Assembly: GCA_964016885.1 (NCBI GenBank)
Contig: OZ024750.1
Location: 36,208,001-36,272,000 of the forward strand
Direction: 5' to 3'
From: Eledone cirrhosa
Taxonomy: Eukaryota
Length of the DNA: 64,000 nucleotides
Positions within the stretch are counted from its first letter, which is position 1; every line of letters starts with the position of its first letter. The position numbers and the translations under genes are program-made. Positions 51,053 through 62,940 of this stretch are shown in pieces. The notes beneath the pieces are model-generated. The model worked only from the letters and a program-made list of their open reading frames with translations. It did not search any database and was not told the origin of the DNA.

Positions 51053-51337
51053 AAGAAATACATACAAGATGGGGGTCCAACCCTTTTTTGACATCTCGTC
51101 AGTTACGCAAGCTTATATGTGCATAGACACATCTAAACTGTTGGGTCAGAGGTTCCAAGATCTGTTTATATACATTTATTGGTGGGTAACAGCATTGAGT
51201 GCTTTGAATGGTGTACCACCTGTAACTATCGTTACACACCTAACTAACATATAAATATATAATTGGTGTTGGATGCTTAAAGCGTCCGTATGCGGTAGGC
51301 CATTTCAGCACTCAATGCTCTCATAGAGCAGAGTATG

Positions 51338-51554
51338 ATATCACAGAAAAAAAGAGAATCAGTGTTGCGACGAATGGAATTTAGTGGACATAGGAAAATC
51401 TGCTTCGTAGAATCAAGTTCTATCTGAGGACCTTGCGATTTTCAGAGTCAGGTTCGATCATCACATCGATCATGCCTCGAGCTGGTCGTGAGAGAAACGA
51501 TTGTAATATGTCCAATAAATACCATTCGTCGCAACACTGATTCTCTTTCTTTCT

Positions 51555-51561
<7 letters not shown>
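51338..51561. repeat. Inverted repeat (55-bp arms, ~115-bp spacer)
   Basis: atatcacagaaa..agagaatcagtgttgcgacgaatgg / ccattcgtcgcaacactgattctct..tttctgtgatat. Confidence 0.85.
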
Positions 51562-51618
<57 letters not shown>

Positions 51619-51620
<2 letters not shown>

Positions 51621-51704
51621 CGCCTGAAGATGGGTCATAATTTTGATCGCTCTTGTATTCTGGATGTGTGGTTTAAATTGGGCCTTGAAACCCTGGGTAG
51701 TGCA
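51619..51704 (+). ncRNA. Type I hammerhead ribozyme with extended stem II
   Basis: tgcgc-CTGAAGA-t-gggtc.taattttgatc...ggtttaaattg.ggcct-t-GAAA-ccctggg-TA-gtgca. Confidence 0.65.
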
Positions 51705-51974
51705 ATTGTTTCATGTATGAACATAAATAAATAATATAATATGATACCCATGCTAGCGTGGAAGATGGACGTTAAACGATGATGATGATGATGATACTTT
51801 TCAGCCAACCTTCATATATATATATGTGTGTGTGCGTGTGTGTATGTGTATGTGTGTGTATATATATGTGTGTGTGTGTATGTGTATTTGTCTGTATAGG
51901 TACCGATTATATATATATATATACTGTACCAATTGTGTTGTTATTTCTGTTTACATTTTACATACATACACACA

Positions 51975-52050
51975 TACGAGGGTGGGCTGAAAAGTTCATT
52001 GTCTGACTATGCTAGGGCTGTGAAATCTTGCATGCACTAATTTCAACTAT
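51975..52050 (+). mobile_element. Tc1/mariner terminal fragment
   Basis: TA|cgagggtgggctgaaaagttc; a similar terminus lies on the minus strand near 6783-6808. Confidence 0.45.
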
Positions 52051-52586
52051 CAGAATATAATAAAGGGAGGAGTGTGAAACTGTGTCCTGAATATATTTTT
52101 TTATCTCGTTAGTAAAATAAGTTGGATTACTTTGAATAAATAATGAATGAATGAATATTACATAATTTACCTACTAAATATTACATAATTTACCTACTAA
52201 ATATTACATAATTTATCTACTAAATTTTGTAGCTGTTGATTAAACATAAATATTCTTATATATAATAATTGCTTATTTTAAGATTCACTTCTTTTAAAAT
52301 GTTCAAATGTCAATACTTCTGGTTATAACGGACACCATGTTATATCGTTTATATAAATGTTCATATATTTGCATTGTTATATCATAACGTTTATATTTCT
52401 GTCGCTAATTTCCTCCATTTTTTATTTCATTATATTTCAACATAATGCAGTTTATATATAATATCATCTTTTTTAAATGTATCATGGATTACTTTACTGA
52501 TTACAGAAGAGAGTGTAACACAGTCTCTCTTCAATTTCTGTGCATATTGTCAATTACGATTTTATTTGATGTATAATATCTACATG

Positions 52587-53012
52587 TGAAGGCGCCTGGC
52601 TTAGTGGTTAGAGCATTGGGCTTGCAATCGAAAGGTTGTGAGTTTGATTCTCGGACCAGGCGATGTGTTGTGTCCTTGAGCAAGACACTTTATTTCATGT
52701 TGCTCCAGTTTACTCAGCTGTAGAAATGAGTTGTGATCCTGCCAAATCAATGTGTGGCAGTAGTTCCAGCTGCACGCATCAAAAGACTGGAGTAGTGGTT
52801 CTGAGAACAATGCGGCTTTGCAGTTGATCAATGCAAATTGACAATGGAAAGGCGCTCCCGCTCGAGTTAGAAGAGAACTATTGACCTTCAGGAGAAGCAG
52901 AGACCCCTGATTGTATTCAGCAACTGAAACAAATATGAAGTACACCAAATCCAATGCTCCTGGTTCTTCTTATTTGCGAGTGTAAACTCGGCCTGATTAG
53001 ATTAGATTAGAT
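52587..53012 (+). mobile_element. SINE family B head and body with an unrelated tail ending in (ATTAG)n
   Basis: Matches SINE B up to gtagaaatgag (52730), then a novel ~265 bp and gattagattagattagat. Confidence 0.75.
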
Positions 53013-53063
53013 ATCTACATGCATGTATATTTGCATATAATATCAGTATGCACACTACACATG

Positions 53064-53100
53064 CTAGCAGAAAACCACCCTTTGGGTGGTTTTCTGCTAG
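53064..53100. repeat. Perfect 17-bp-arm hairpin bounded by CTAG (Helitron-end-like)
   Basis: ctagcagaaaaccaccc-ttt-gggtggttttctgctag. Confidence 0.7.
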
Positions 53101-54682
53101 TTCTTCTTAATAACTGTATTGTTTTTTTCCAGTGACTATGTTGAAAAATAAACCTCATCTAGTCATTCCATGAGAGTATCTTGGTCAGCCTATGTACTTT
53201 TCAGCTGGCCCTTGGTTAGGTGATAGTTATAACTAGAAAAGATTATAAATAACTATAGTTGACTCCTGTAGTTAGAACTAATTAAAAGTTTTCACCTTTT
53301 AATTACTCTTAACTCCAGAGGTTAACAGCTTCAAAATTTAAATATATTTGAAACCTACTTCTATTCAGCTTTTTGTTTTATATTTTGTGAAAAAACAAAG
53401 AATTGTAATATTAATCATATTTAAAAGATGTAATAATACTATTTCATGGTCTATTGTAATATTTAAAATTGATTTTTTTTTTACCCATTTTCATGATTGA
53501 TTATTTTTCCCAAAGTTTTTGAAATTTTGTGGCTGTAAAAATATTTTTTGAAAATTCTAAATCTGAAAAGGAAATAGAAATATTAGTATGCCATCAATTT
53601 AGTTCTAATTCTAAACTAAACTCTTATCTCACTAACTTTTGTATTCCTTCTATTGTATATCTAGAGTATAGCAATCACCATCTTTATAAAAAAAATATCA
53701 ACAGCCAATATATAGAAACTGTGGTAAGCTAAAGCAAACACAGACAACATACTTAGAGAATGATTTATTTAAACAAAACAGTCATCTTTTGTGATTCATA
53801 GTTTACAAGAGACAGAATGATGCCTGATACATGTATAACATTATTTATCTACTGCTTGCCTATTTCAACATAGAAGAAATTAGAATTTTGTAATGGTATT
53901 CTCACTAACATCATAAGTAATTGATAGTTTTTAAGCATCGCTTCCAGGCAACTGGTATTTTTATCAATTCATATTGCAGCTTTCAGAATAAAAGCTATCC
54001 TACAATTTTATGCTAGTTATTTCCTTTTTAGTGTATCTTATAACTCTTTCTATTGAAAGTACAACCAAAGCATTTGTGAAGCTACTGTTCATTCTTACAG
54101 TAAAATAACCTTGTGAAAGGGAAATGTTGGCAGGAATCCCAAAAGCAGTTCATACAATCAAATGAACTCAAACAATTGGATTATAGGAAGTATGTTTTCT
54201 CATTATATTATATATTGAAATATATTATGCTTCCTTTTAATACAACAGGTTTAGTTTGTAGAGGGGGGGGGAAACATCCTCTTAATGAGAATGTTGCCGA
54301 AATTTTAATAAGTTTAGCTTATATTGCAGAATGAATGTATAAAAACAAAACAAAAAAAAAAGCAGTAATAATAAACTGCTATCAGAATACATAATGTATT
54401 TTTATATTTGCCAAATAAAAGTTATATAGATATAGGTATTGATTTAATGAGGCAATTAATAATATATAGATATATGTGGATGGGTGGGTCTACATTTTAT
54501 CTATAAAAATAGATGATGTATATATAACAAGAACACATGCAAGCAAATGTAGAGATAAAAAGGTAATGAGTTAATAATCTTTCTCTTTATTTCTCTTTAT
54601 ATCTATTATGATCTTTCTCTCTTCTATCCATTTCCATTTGCCCTCCTATTCCCTCCCCCTCTCTCTCCCTCCCTCTCTCCCT

Positions 54683-54758
<76 letters not shown>

Positions 54759-54762
<4 letters not shown>

Positions 54763-54948
54763 AGGAACTAAAGAAGAAAGTCCAAACATGGAAGCAGGGA
54801 CTAGAAAGAAAGGGTCTCAAAGTCAACCTGACAAAGACTAAGGTCCTTGTAAGTAGACAAGAAAACAGAACTAAGAACCCCTCTGGGAAATGGCCTTGCT
54901 CAATATGTAGGAAAGGTGTAGGTAGGAACTCCATCCTCTGCCCCAAAT
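54759..54948 (+). pseudogene. RTE RT internal fragment
   Basis: ELKKKVQTWKQGLERKGLKVNLTKTKVL...SGKWPCSICRKGVGRNSILCPK. Confidence 0.85.
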
Positions 54949-55232
54949 GGGTAACTTTAGGAGAAGATTAGTTTCTAGAAAGGTTCCATCAGATTTAAGC
55001 ATATTATTAAAAACGTGTGAGATAGTAATAATAACATAGAAAGGTGTGGATAGAACGAAGATCTGAGAGAGAAAAGATTACATTCTAAGTTTTAACAATA
55101 TCTACAAACAGATACATATAACAGTTTAAATATTGATGGCAAAATGGACTACGAAAAGGAGAGATTAGAAAATTGAAGAGCTTACATTTCTGAATTCAAC
55201 AACAATTCGGCATTAAAATTATATATATATAT

Positions 55233-55497
55233 TGATGTGTTGATTCCTTGAGTAAGACACTTTATTTCACATTGCTCCAGTTTACTCAGCTGTAGAAATG
55301 AGATGATAGGGACTGAGGTTCATATCATTCCACTGCAAAGTTGTCATGGAGGTGCCACAGCAAAAAAAGCACCCAGCACTCACTGTAAATGAGGTTGGTG
55401 TTAGGAAGGGCATCCAGCTGTAGAAATCAAGCCAGAATCAGTTCCTGTCCCACCCTTGCAAGCAGGGAAAAGTGGACGTAAAATTATGATGATGATT
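55233..55497 (+). mobile_element. SINE family B, 5'-truncated
   Basis: Matches 12807-13068. Confidence 0.8.
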
Positions 55498-55799
55498 GTT
55501 ATATTTGGGGAGGGTCATATTGTTATAATATTGTCAGAAATAATAATAGAACACACTCACTGTTTGGTTTAGATTGGTTTTCACTTCTGTATCTTTTATA
55601 TCTCCATAGTTAATTTATCTGCCACTCAGTGTTTATCATTGACTGACCAACGGTTAAAAATACTGATATAAATATATAATAATAATAATATTTATACTTT
55701 TATATGAGTTATATACAATTATAAATATGAAAGGGTAGTATGAAGTATAACCCAATCACCAGTAAGAAAAAAAGCTCAATGTAAATTATAATATGCATT

Positions 55800-57200
55800 A
55801 CAGAGCCGAGATGACGCACTTTTCTTCTAAGATTTAAAAATATTTAATATAGAAAGAACTAGATAACAATTACATAAAATATTTAAGAACTTCAGCTTAG
55901 GAATCACTGTAGATAAAAACACCAGAAATGTTAACTTCCTTGATGTCACCCTTTACTTAGACTCTAAAACTTATACACTTTATCATAAACCAAATGAAAA
56001 ACTTTTTTATGTTGATACCAATTCTAACGACCCCAAATCTGTATTAAATGGGTATCTAATAGAATATCTAGCCTTTCTTATAACGAGACTATATTTAACC
56101 GTACTATAATGAAGCCTTAGCTTGCTCCGGCCATAGAGATAAAATTAAATTTAAACCTAAAAAGTCATCTATTCATAAACAATCTAATATTACATAATAT
56201 GGCCATGAATAAAATTAAACATACTCATAATATTGAAGATTCTGACTCCACTACAGAAGGTATCAACAAAGTTAACTCACACCACAACAATAACCCTAAG
56301 GAAAACCATTTAAAGAAAAATCATATTAAAAACAAAAATAAAAATAATACTGTACCTAACACCACACAAAATAATATAGTTATCAACCTTAATGACAATA
56401 ACATAGATATAAATAAAAATCATAAGAAGAATAGAAGAAGAATTAATACATTTTTTTTAAATCCACCTTTCAACTTAAATGTCTCCACAAACATACCTAA
56501 AGCTTTCTTCTCAATTATTGAAAAAGCCTTCCCTATTAACCATAAATACCATAACCTAATTAACAAAAATACTATTAAAATATTTTACTCCACCACACCT
56601 AACATTGCAGACCATATAGCTAGCAGTAACAAGAAGAAGATGAGTAAATACTTCAAATTACACCAAGTTAATAATGTCCAACATAGAAATAACCTTAACA
56701 ATAACTCAGTACAGGACTATATTAGAAATAATAGTAATAATACCAATAATAATGACATTAATATTTACCATAATCTTAATACTAGAAGTATCAACAGTAA
56801 TAACCGATCAACATCACACTCCCTTAACCAGTATACTATTAATCATAACAATTGTAATTGTAGACCTAATAGAACTTGCCCATTAAGGAATAATTGCCTT
56901 ATTAAAGACATTATCTACTCCTCTACCGTCACTACTAATCAAATTTCGAAAGTTTATATAGGTTCAACATCAAATAGCTTTAAGACCAGATATAACTCGC
57001 ACCTTCATTCATTTAGAAACCCTAGACTTAGTAATGCTACTTCACTATCTACCTACATACACTCATTAAAATCAAGTAATATACCATATACCTAAGAATG
57101 GAGAGTGATAGCTAAGGCCCCGTCTTATAAACCACCTAACAAATGTTGTAACCTTTGTCTCCTTGAGTCTTGCACTATTATTTATTCAAATCTCAATTAT
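55800..57200 (+). pseudogene. Penelope-like (Naiad-type) element: RT C-terminus, linker, zinc finger, GIY-YIG endonuclease; decayed
   Basis: VNFLDVTL...YHKPN; NPPFN.NVSTNI; NKNTIKI.YS; CNCRPNRTCPLRNNC (CxCx5Cx5C); IIY...VYIGST..FKTRYNSH..SF; after TAA at 57093 the frame continues EWRVIAKA..Y...KCCNLCLLE. Confidence 0.88.
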
Positions 57201-57397
57201 CATTATAACATATATATATATATTAATAAACTCCTTCCTATATTTTGTATCTAATACAAATTATATATTTCTTAATAACCAAATAAATAAACAATTTATG
57301 CACCCTACTATGTTCTCCATACTTACTACTAATATAACACTAATTAGATAGCTGGCAAGTGTCCATAACACTAATTACTCCATTATATATTGCCATA

Positions 57398-58207
57398 TCT
57401 ATATATATATATATATATATAAAGTTATAGTTCCTGTCTGTCTGTTTGTTTGTTTGTTCACAAACTCCTCCTATGGTTTCGGAGATAGACCCCCATAACC
57501 ATATATATTCTGAAACTACATTGCCCAGGGCACTTGGATAAGTATATTTTATTTTAATTAAAGGGTTCCCCAGGGGGCACAAATCCCCGCTGAAAATTTT
57601 TTCCCTTCGATTTATATGAAATGTAAACCATGAGTAAATTACAAGATATGATGCCTATTCACACAATTTCAGCAAATTTCAATAATATTAAGACACCCTA
57701 ATGGGGGTTAAACCCCCTATAGTGATAATTTTGGAAACACAAATAAAATAATGCTTTACACAAAAATGAAATGATCAAGTTTTGAATTGATATTTTGAAA
57801 AAAATTATTTACAAGAAACAAAATAAAATTATGATTTAATAATTGTCTCTACTTTAGGCACAAGGCCAGCAATTACCCCAGTGCATTACTGGTACTTTAT
57901 TTTATCGACCCCGTAAGGATGAAAGGCAAAGTCAACCTTGGCGGGATTTGAACACAGATCGTAAAGGGACGTAACTATGTTGGAAAGCATAGCGTCCGAC
58001 CCTCTACTGATACTGCCAATCCACAATAATGTAATTTTGATTTGATATATTACAAAAAATAATGTTTTCCAATTTTTCATGCATTACATTTTACATTGAG
58101 TAATATTGCAATGCAGAGTTTTTCTCCATAAATTATATCACTCATCATTTTCTTACAAAAAAAAAGAAAATGTGTGAAAAGCAGCAAGGCACGGGTAATT
58201 CAGCAAG
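57398..58207 (+). mobile_element. Non-autonomous Helitron-like element carrying a SINE A (57839-58025, -)
   Basis: A|TC(TA)nAAA...ctgtctgtctgtttgtttg start; gcagcaaggcacggg...CAAG|T end. Confidence 0.55.
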
Positions 58208-58422
58208 TATTATATAAATCCCTCTCTAGTTATTAATAATTCCACTCTCTTTACACAATTTGAATAAATAATAATAAATAATTTTTATATATAATTGATA
58301 AATAATTAATAATTTATAATTGATAAATATTAATTTATGACAGCATTTAATAAATGATTATTTTTAATAGATAATTAACAATAATTTTATTATAATAATA
58401 AAACAATATTAAATTTCTTCTT

Positions 58423-59040
58423 TTGCTGGAACATGATGTTGGTAACACACAGATCCAGCTCCTCACACATCTACAGCAGAAGCATACCATTGTTGTTATA
58501 CTTTCCCACCCCATGCCTTCCGATTACATTCCATGTGTTAAAATCCCTACCCACTCTAGCATTAAAGTTACCAAGCTCGATGACCTTGTCTGCCTGAGGG
58601 ATATTTCTTAAAACACCTTTCAAGGTATGGTAGAAAGACACTTTTTCTTCATCAACAGAATTCATAGTTGGAGATTACACACTCACCAGGGTCGCATATC
58701 TTCCTTTGTCCAGCGGAATTCTCATGGACATAAGACGCTCACTAATCCCCACTGGGAATTCTTCTAATTTATCCACAAGAGCAGTCTTAACAGCAAATGC
58801 TACCCCAGCCTCTCTTCTGGTTCCTTCATCTCTTCCTTTCCAGAAGAATGTATATTCTCCACAAAATTCTGTAAGATGACCATCTCCAGCTAACCTCATC
58901 TCAGATAAAGCTACGATGTCAAGATCGCAACTTCAAAGCTACTTTGTAACAACAGTGGTTCTTCGTTCAGGACGTTCAGAGGAATCCCTGTCAAGCAGTG
59001 TCCATACGTTTCAGCAGCCAATATTAAATGCCTTATTTGG
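58423..59040 (-). pseudogene. RTE/BovB-type APE endonuclease fragment
   Basis: RPERRT...DIVALSEMRL...YTFFWKG...GVAFAV...ERLM..R...GNFNARVG...GRHGVG..N.NG.LLL; stop codons. Confidence 0.85.
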
Positions 59041-59204
59041 CTCTATTACAGTGGCACGATGACGAGCAGGCCCAGGCTGTGATACCCTGAGGACCTTGCC
59101 CTTATTGCCAATTATCTCTTTTGTTCCAGAACCCTTATTGCCAATTATCTCTTATATTGTTTTGGAACATCATTGAATTTAAAAAAAAAAAAAAAGTAAT
59201 AATA

Positions 59205-59572
59205 ATAATTATTATTTTTACTATTGGCACAAGGCCAGCAATTACCCCAGTGCATTACTGGTACTTTATTTTATCGACCCCATCAGGATGAAAGGCAAAG
59301 TTAACCTTGGCGGGATTTGAACTCAGAATGGAATGGGCCGTAACTCTATGCGTCAAAGCATGGCGCCCAACCCTCTACTGATACTGCCAAACCAAACAAC
59401 ATTATTAATAATTATTATAAGGGTGGTGGATTGGCAGTATCGGTAGAGGGTCGGACGCCATGCTTTGATGCATTGAGTTATGGCCCTTGCCATTCTGAGT
59501 TCAAATCCCGCCGAGGTCAACTTTGTCTTTCATCCTTATGGGGTCGATAAAATAAAGTACCAGTAATGAACT
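59205..59572. mobile_element. Head-to-head inverted pair of SINE A (59205-59390 -, 59420-59572 +)
   Basis: Direct comparison of the two copies; ~30-bp spacer. Confidence 0.85.
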
Positions 59573-60008
59573 GTAACAACAAGGGCTGGGGGTCCTTCAC
59601 TCCCAGTGGTTTAACTGCGCGATCGAGTATCCAGCCCGATTATTTCTATGTCCCCGCTCAATAAAAAAAAAACTCACTTAATGACACTCATACATACACA
59701 CGCACACACACCAACACTCATGCATATAAACAAACACACACACGCCACTCATACATACACACACATATATATATATATATGCATAGAACATACACACATA
59801 TATATATGATTGTATGTGTATGTATATATGCATATATATATATATTATTGCCAGAAATAATAACAGAACACACTCACTGTTTGGTTGGTTTTCACTTCTG
59901 TATCTTTTATATCTCCACAGTTAATTCAGTTGGTCCTCAATGTTTATCATTGACTGACCAACGGTCAAAAATACAAAAAACAATATAGATATAAACACAT
60001 ATATAGTC

Positions 60009-60052
60009 TAACAAAGTTCTTTCGTTGCACATCTGCAACATCATCAGTGGTA
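60009..60052 (-). ncRNA. Hammerhead motif, family H3
   Basis: Reverse complement: tacca-CTGATGA-t-gttgca-gatg-tgcaac-GAAA-gaac-TT-tgtta (one stem I mismatch). Confidence 0.6.
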
Positions 60053-60060
60053 CTATTGTA

Positions 60061-60142
60061 TTCCTCCTGTTGTATTGTATTCTATGCCATTTTTATTTTA
60101 TTAAAATAAAAATGGCGTAGACATACAATACAACAGGAGGAA
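60061..60142. repeat. Near-perfect ~82-bp palindrome
   Basis: ttcctcctgttgtattgtat...gccatttttatttta-t-taaaataaaaatggc...atacaatacaacaggaggaa. Confidence 0.9.
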
Positions 60143-60230
60143 CATATATATATATATATATATATATGTTCCAGGGCTCTGATACAATCAACACTATAAA
60201 CACAGAGCTGGCATATCTAAGAATTGACAA

Positions 60231-60286
60231 ACTGCCTGATGAGGTCATAGCCACTCAATGGCTATCATCGAAATATATATAGCAGT
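60231..60286 (+). ncRNA. Minimal type I hammerhead ribozyme
   Basis: actgc-CTGATGA-ggt-c-atagcca-ctcaa-tggctat-c-atc-GAAA-tatata-TA-gcagt, followed by AATAAA. Confidence 0.8.
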
Positions 60287-60409
60287 AAATAAAGGATTAT
60301 GAGTTCATGCAATTGACTTATGTTTCATCACTATATATATACATATATATGTAAGTGTATATATAATATGCATATATGTATATACATGCTTGTATGTGTG
60401 TATAACAAC

Positions 60410-60640
60410 ACAGGCATAGCTGTGTGTCTAACGTGTTGACTTTACAACCAAAGGGTTTCAAGTTCACTCCTGTGGTATAACATCTTGGGTTAACCAATGC
60501 CTTGCGTGTGAAATTTGGCTGACAGAAACGGTGCAGAAGTCCATCATAGATATGTAAATGTGTATGTCTATGCATGTGTGTGTGTGTGCATCTATGCCTG
60601 TAGATGTGTGTATGTGCATGTGTTGACTTTATCTGTGTTT
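60410..60640 (+). mobile_element. SINE family C, degenerate
   Basis: caggcatagctgtgtg...gttcactcc...aatttggctgacagaaac..gcagaag. Confidence 0.5.
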
Positions 60641-60673
60641 ACATTTGTGTCCATGTGTGTGTTCATGTATCAT

Positions 60674-61333
60674 AACCTGCATCAGATGTGGGTGTGTGTG
60701 GGTGTCTTCCCCTCTGAACACCATCTGCTGTCCTGCTTTAACCTTCATCAGATGTGGGGGGGTGTGGGTGTCTTACCCTCTGAACACAATCTGCTGTCCT
60801 GCTTTAACCTTCATCAGATGTGGGGGTGTGTGGAGGTCTTCCCCTCTGAACACCATCTGCTGTCCTGCTTTAACCTTCATCAGATGTGGGGGTGTGTGGG
60901 GGTCTTCCCCTCTGAACACCATCTGCTGTCCTGCTTTAACCTTCATCAGATGTGGGGGTGTGTGGGGGTCTTCCCCTCTGAACACCATCTGCTGTCCTGC
61001 TTTAACCTTCATCAGATGTGGGGGTGTGTGGAGGTCTTCCCCTCTGAACACCATCTGCTGTCCTGCTTTAACCTTCATCAGATGTGGGGGTGTGTGGGGG
61101 TCTTCCCCTCTGAACACCATCTGCTGTCCTGCTTTAACCTTCATCAGATGTGGGGGTGTGTGGGGGTCTTCCCCTCTAAACACCATCTGCTGTCCTGCTT
61201 TAACCTTCATCAGATGTGGGGGTGTGTGGGGGTCTTCCCCTCTGAACACCATCTGCTGTCCTGCTTTAACCTTCATCAGATGTGGGGGTGTGTGGGGGTC
61301 TTCCCCTCTAAACACCATCTGCTGTCCTGCTTT
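60674..61333. repeat. 66-bp minisatellite (10 copies)
   Basis: Unit aaccttcatcagatgtgggggtgtgtgggggtcttcccctctgaacaccatctgctgtcctgcttt. Confidence 0.95.
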
Positions 61334-61599
61334 CTCCTGAACATTTCTTACCACTTATTAAATATCTCCATAAATATGTAAATTTGTCCATTATTGCTTC
61401 AATAAGTCCATAAAACACTGAGCAAACAGCTTTAACTGAATGCCAACCTGCACTCAGGATTCTTGTTAAACCAACCCATGACTCACCTTCCAAATTTGCC
61501 AAACCAAACATGGACCGGCCACCTTCCCAAACTCAGCAAACTGAACTCTGACCGCAACATTCTCCCAAATGTATCTAGCAGTAACTAGGTGTAATTACT

Positions 61600-61810
61600 G
61601 AAACAGGGTAAAACCAACCAGCAGGAGACCCAGGGGTAGATCCCGAGCATACATGAGCTTGGGTGGCCTTGCTGCTTAGGGATCTAACTGGATTAGTTGG
61701 AGATGGTTGCTTCTGACACATCCCGCTGGAAGGAGTGTTGAAAACTCTTCCCCCACGACACTCTCAGCAATAAGTGGGTGAAGAAGAAGGCAAAGAAGAA
61801 GGAAAAGAAG
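61600..61810 (+). mobile_element. Degenerate RTE/Rex3-like 3' end with (AAG)n tail
   Basis: KPTSRRPRGRSR...VASD.SRW...LKTLP; gaagaagaag. Confidence 0.4.
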
Positions 61811-62126
61811 GGTGTTTGTAGAATTATAAATTTGACCATAAGCTTATAAAGATGAATTGACTGAAGAAATAATAGAATTTTGTCCATATTTCCCATCTAT
61901 GTTTGTATTTGTGAGTGTAGGCCAAGTTTAATTATATTTGTTTTACCCAGTTTCTGTAGCAAAAATGATATTAGCTATTTGACCTTCAGCCAGAATATAG
62001 TTTCTCGTAAGAAATATCTCCAGGGATTCTATAATTTTACGAATGTGAAACCAATGAAGCTGTTGACATTGATATAAGGCAGAATGGTAAATCATCTTTT
62101 CTAAAGAACCCATACATTGATAACAT

Positions 62127-62312
62127 GGATTGGCAGTATCGGTAGAGGGTCGGACGCTATGCTTTGACATATAGAGTTACAGCCCTTGCCATTCTGAGTT
62201 CAAATCCCGCCGAGATTAACTTTGCCTTTCATCCTTATGGGGTCGATAAAATAAAGTACCAGTAATACACTGGTTAATTGCTGGCCTTGTGCCAAAAGTA
62301 GAAACAATTATT
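62127..62312 (+). mobile_element. SINE family A, full length
   Basis: ggattggcagtatcggtagagggtcggac...gtagaaacaattatt. Confidence 0.85.
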
Positions 62313-62324
62313 TTTGTTTTAGTG

Positions 62325-62940
62325 CAAGTATAGCTGTGGTGGTTAACATTGTGTGGTTAATATTCTTCAAGATATGGTCCTATTGTGTGGTGATAAATTG
62401 GTCCAGTGTCTTCTAATATAGCCTCTGGTTGACCAATTCTTTCTGAGTAGAGTTTAGTAGATGGAAAATGTGTAGAAGCCCATTGCATATATGTGTGTGT
62501 GTGTGTGAGAGAGAGATCCCATTGGGCAAGTGTCTTCTTCTATAACCTTGGTTTTACTAATTCCTTACTAGTAGGATTTGGCAACTGTGCAGAAGCCCAT
62601 TGCATGTGTGCGTGTGTATGTGTGTGAGTGAGCCCATTAAGTTCTTTTTTTACTATAGCCTCAGGCTGACCAATTCTTTTTTAATAGAATTTGCTTGATA
62701 GAAAATATGCAGAAGCCCATTCTATGTGTGTGAGTGTGTGTGTGTGTGTGTGTATGAAATTGTGTGTGAGCTCATTGTGTAACACAATGAGCAAGTGAAT
62801 TTTATCATAGCCTCAGGTTGACCAATTTTTTCAGGTTTACTAATTCCTTCTTAGTGGGATTTGGTAGGTAGAAACTATGCAGAAGTGCATTGCATATGTA
62901 TCTGTGTGTGTGTGTGTGTTTGAGTACATGAGTTTGTGAG
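62325..62940 (+). repeat. SINE family C with ~4 tandem copies of its body
   Basis: Recurring tatagcctc.ggttgaccaatt...gcagaagcccatt..(TG)n. Confidence 0.6.

Noticed and set aside
51291-51330. Minus-strand hammerhead-like motif (ctatga...gaaa tggcc ta)
   Set aside because: The core lacks a conserved G and stem I is weak.
56850-57170. Selenocysteine-encoding Naiad element
   Set aside because: All conserved Cys codons are TGT/TGC and the internal stop is TAA, not TGA.
60515-61381. Repeat ORFs and a CTGATGA word in each 66-bp unit (possible hammerhead array)
   Set aside because: No stem II followed by GAAA; the ORFs arise from the 66-bp periodicity.
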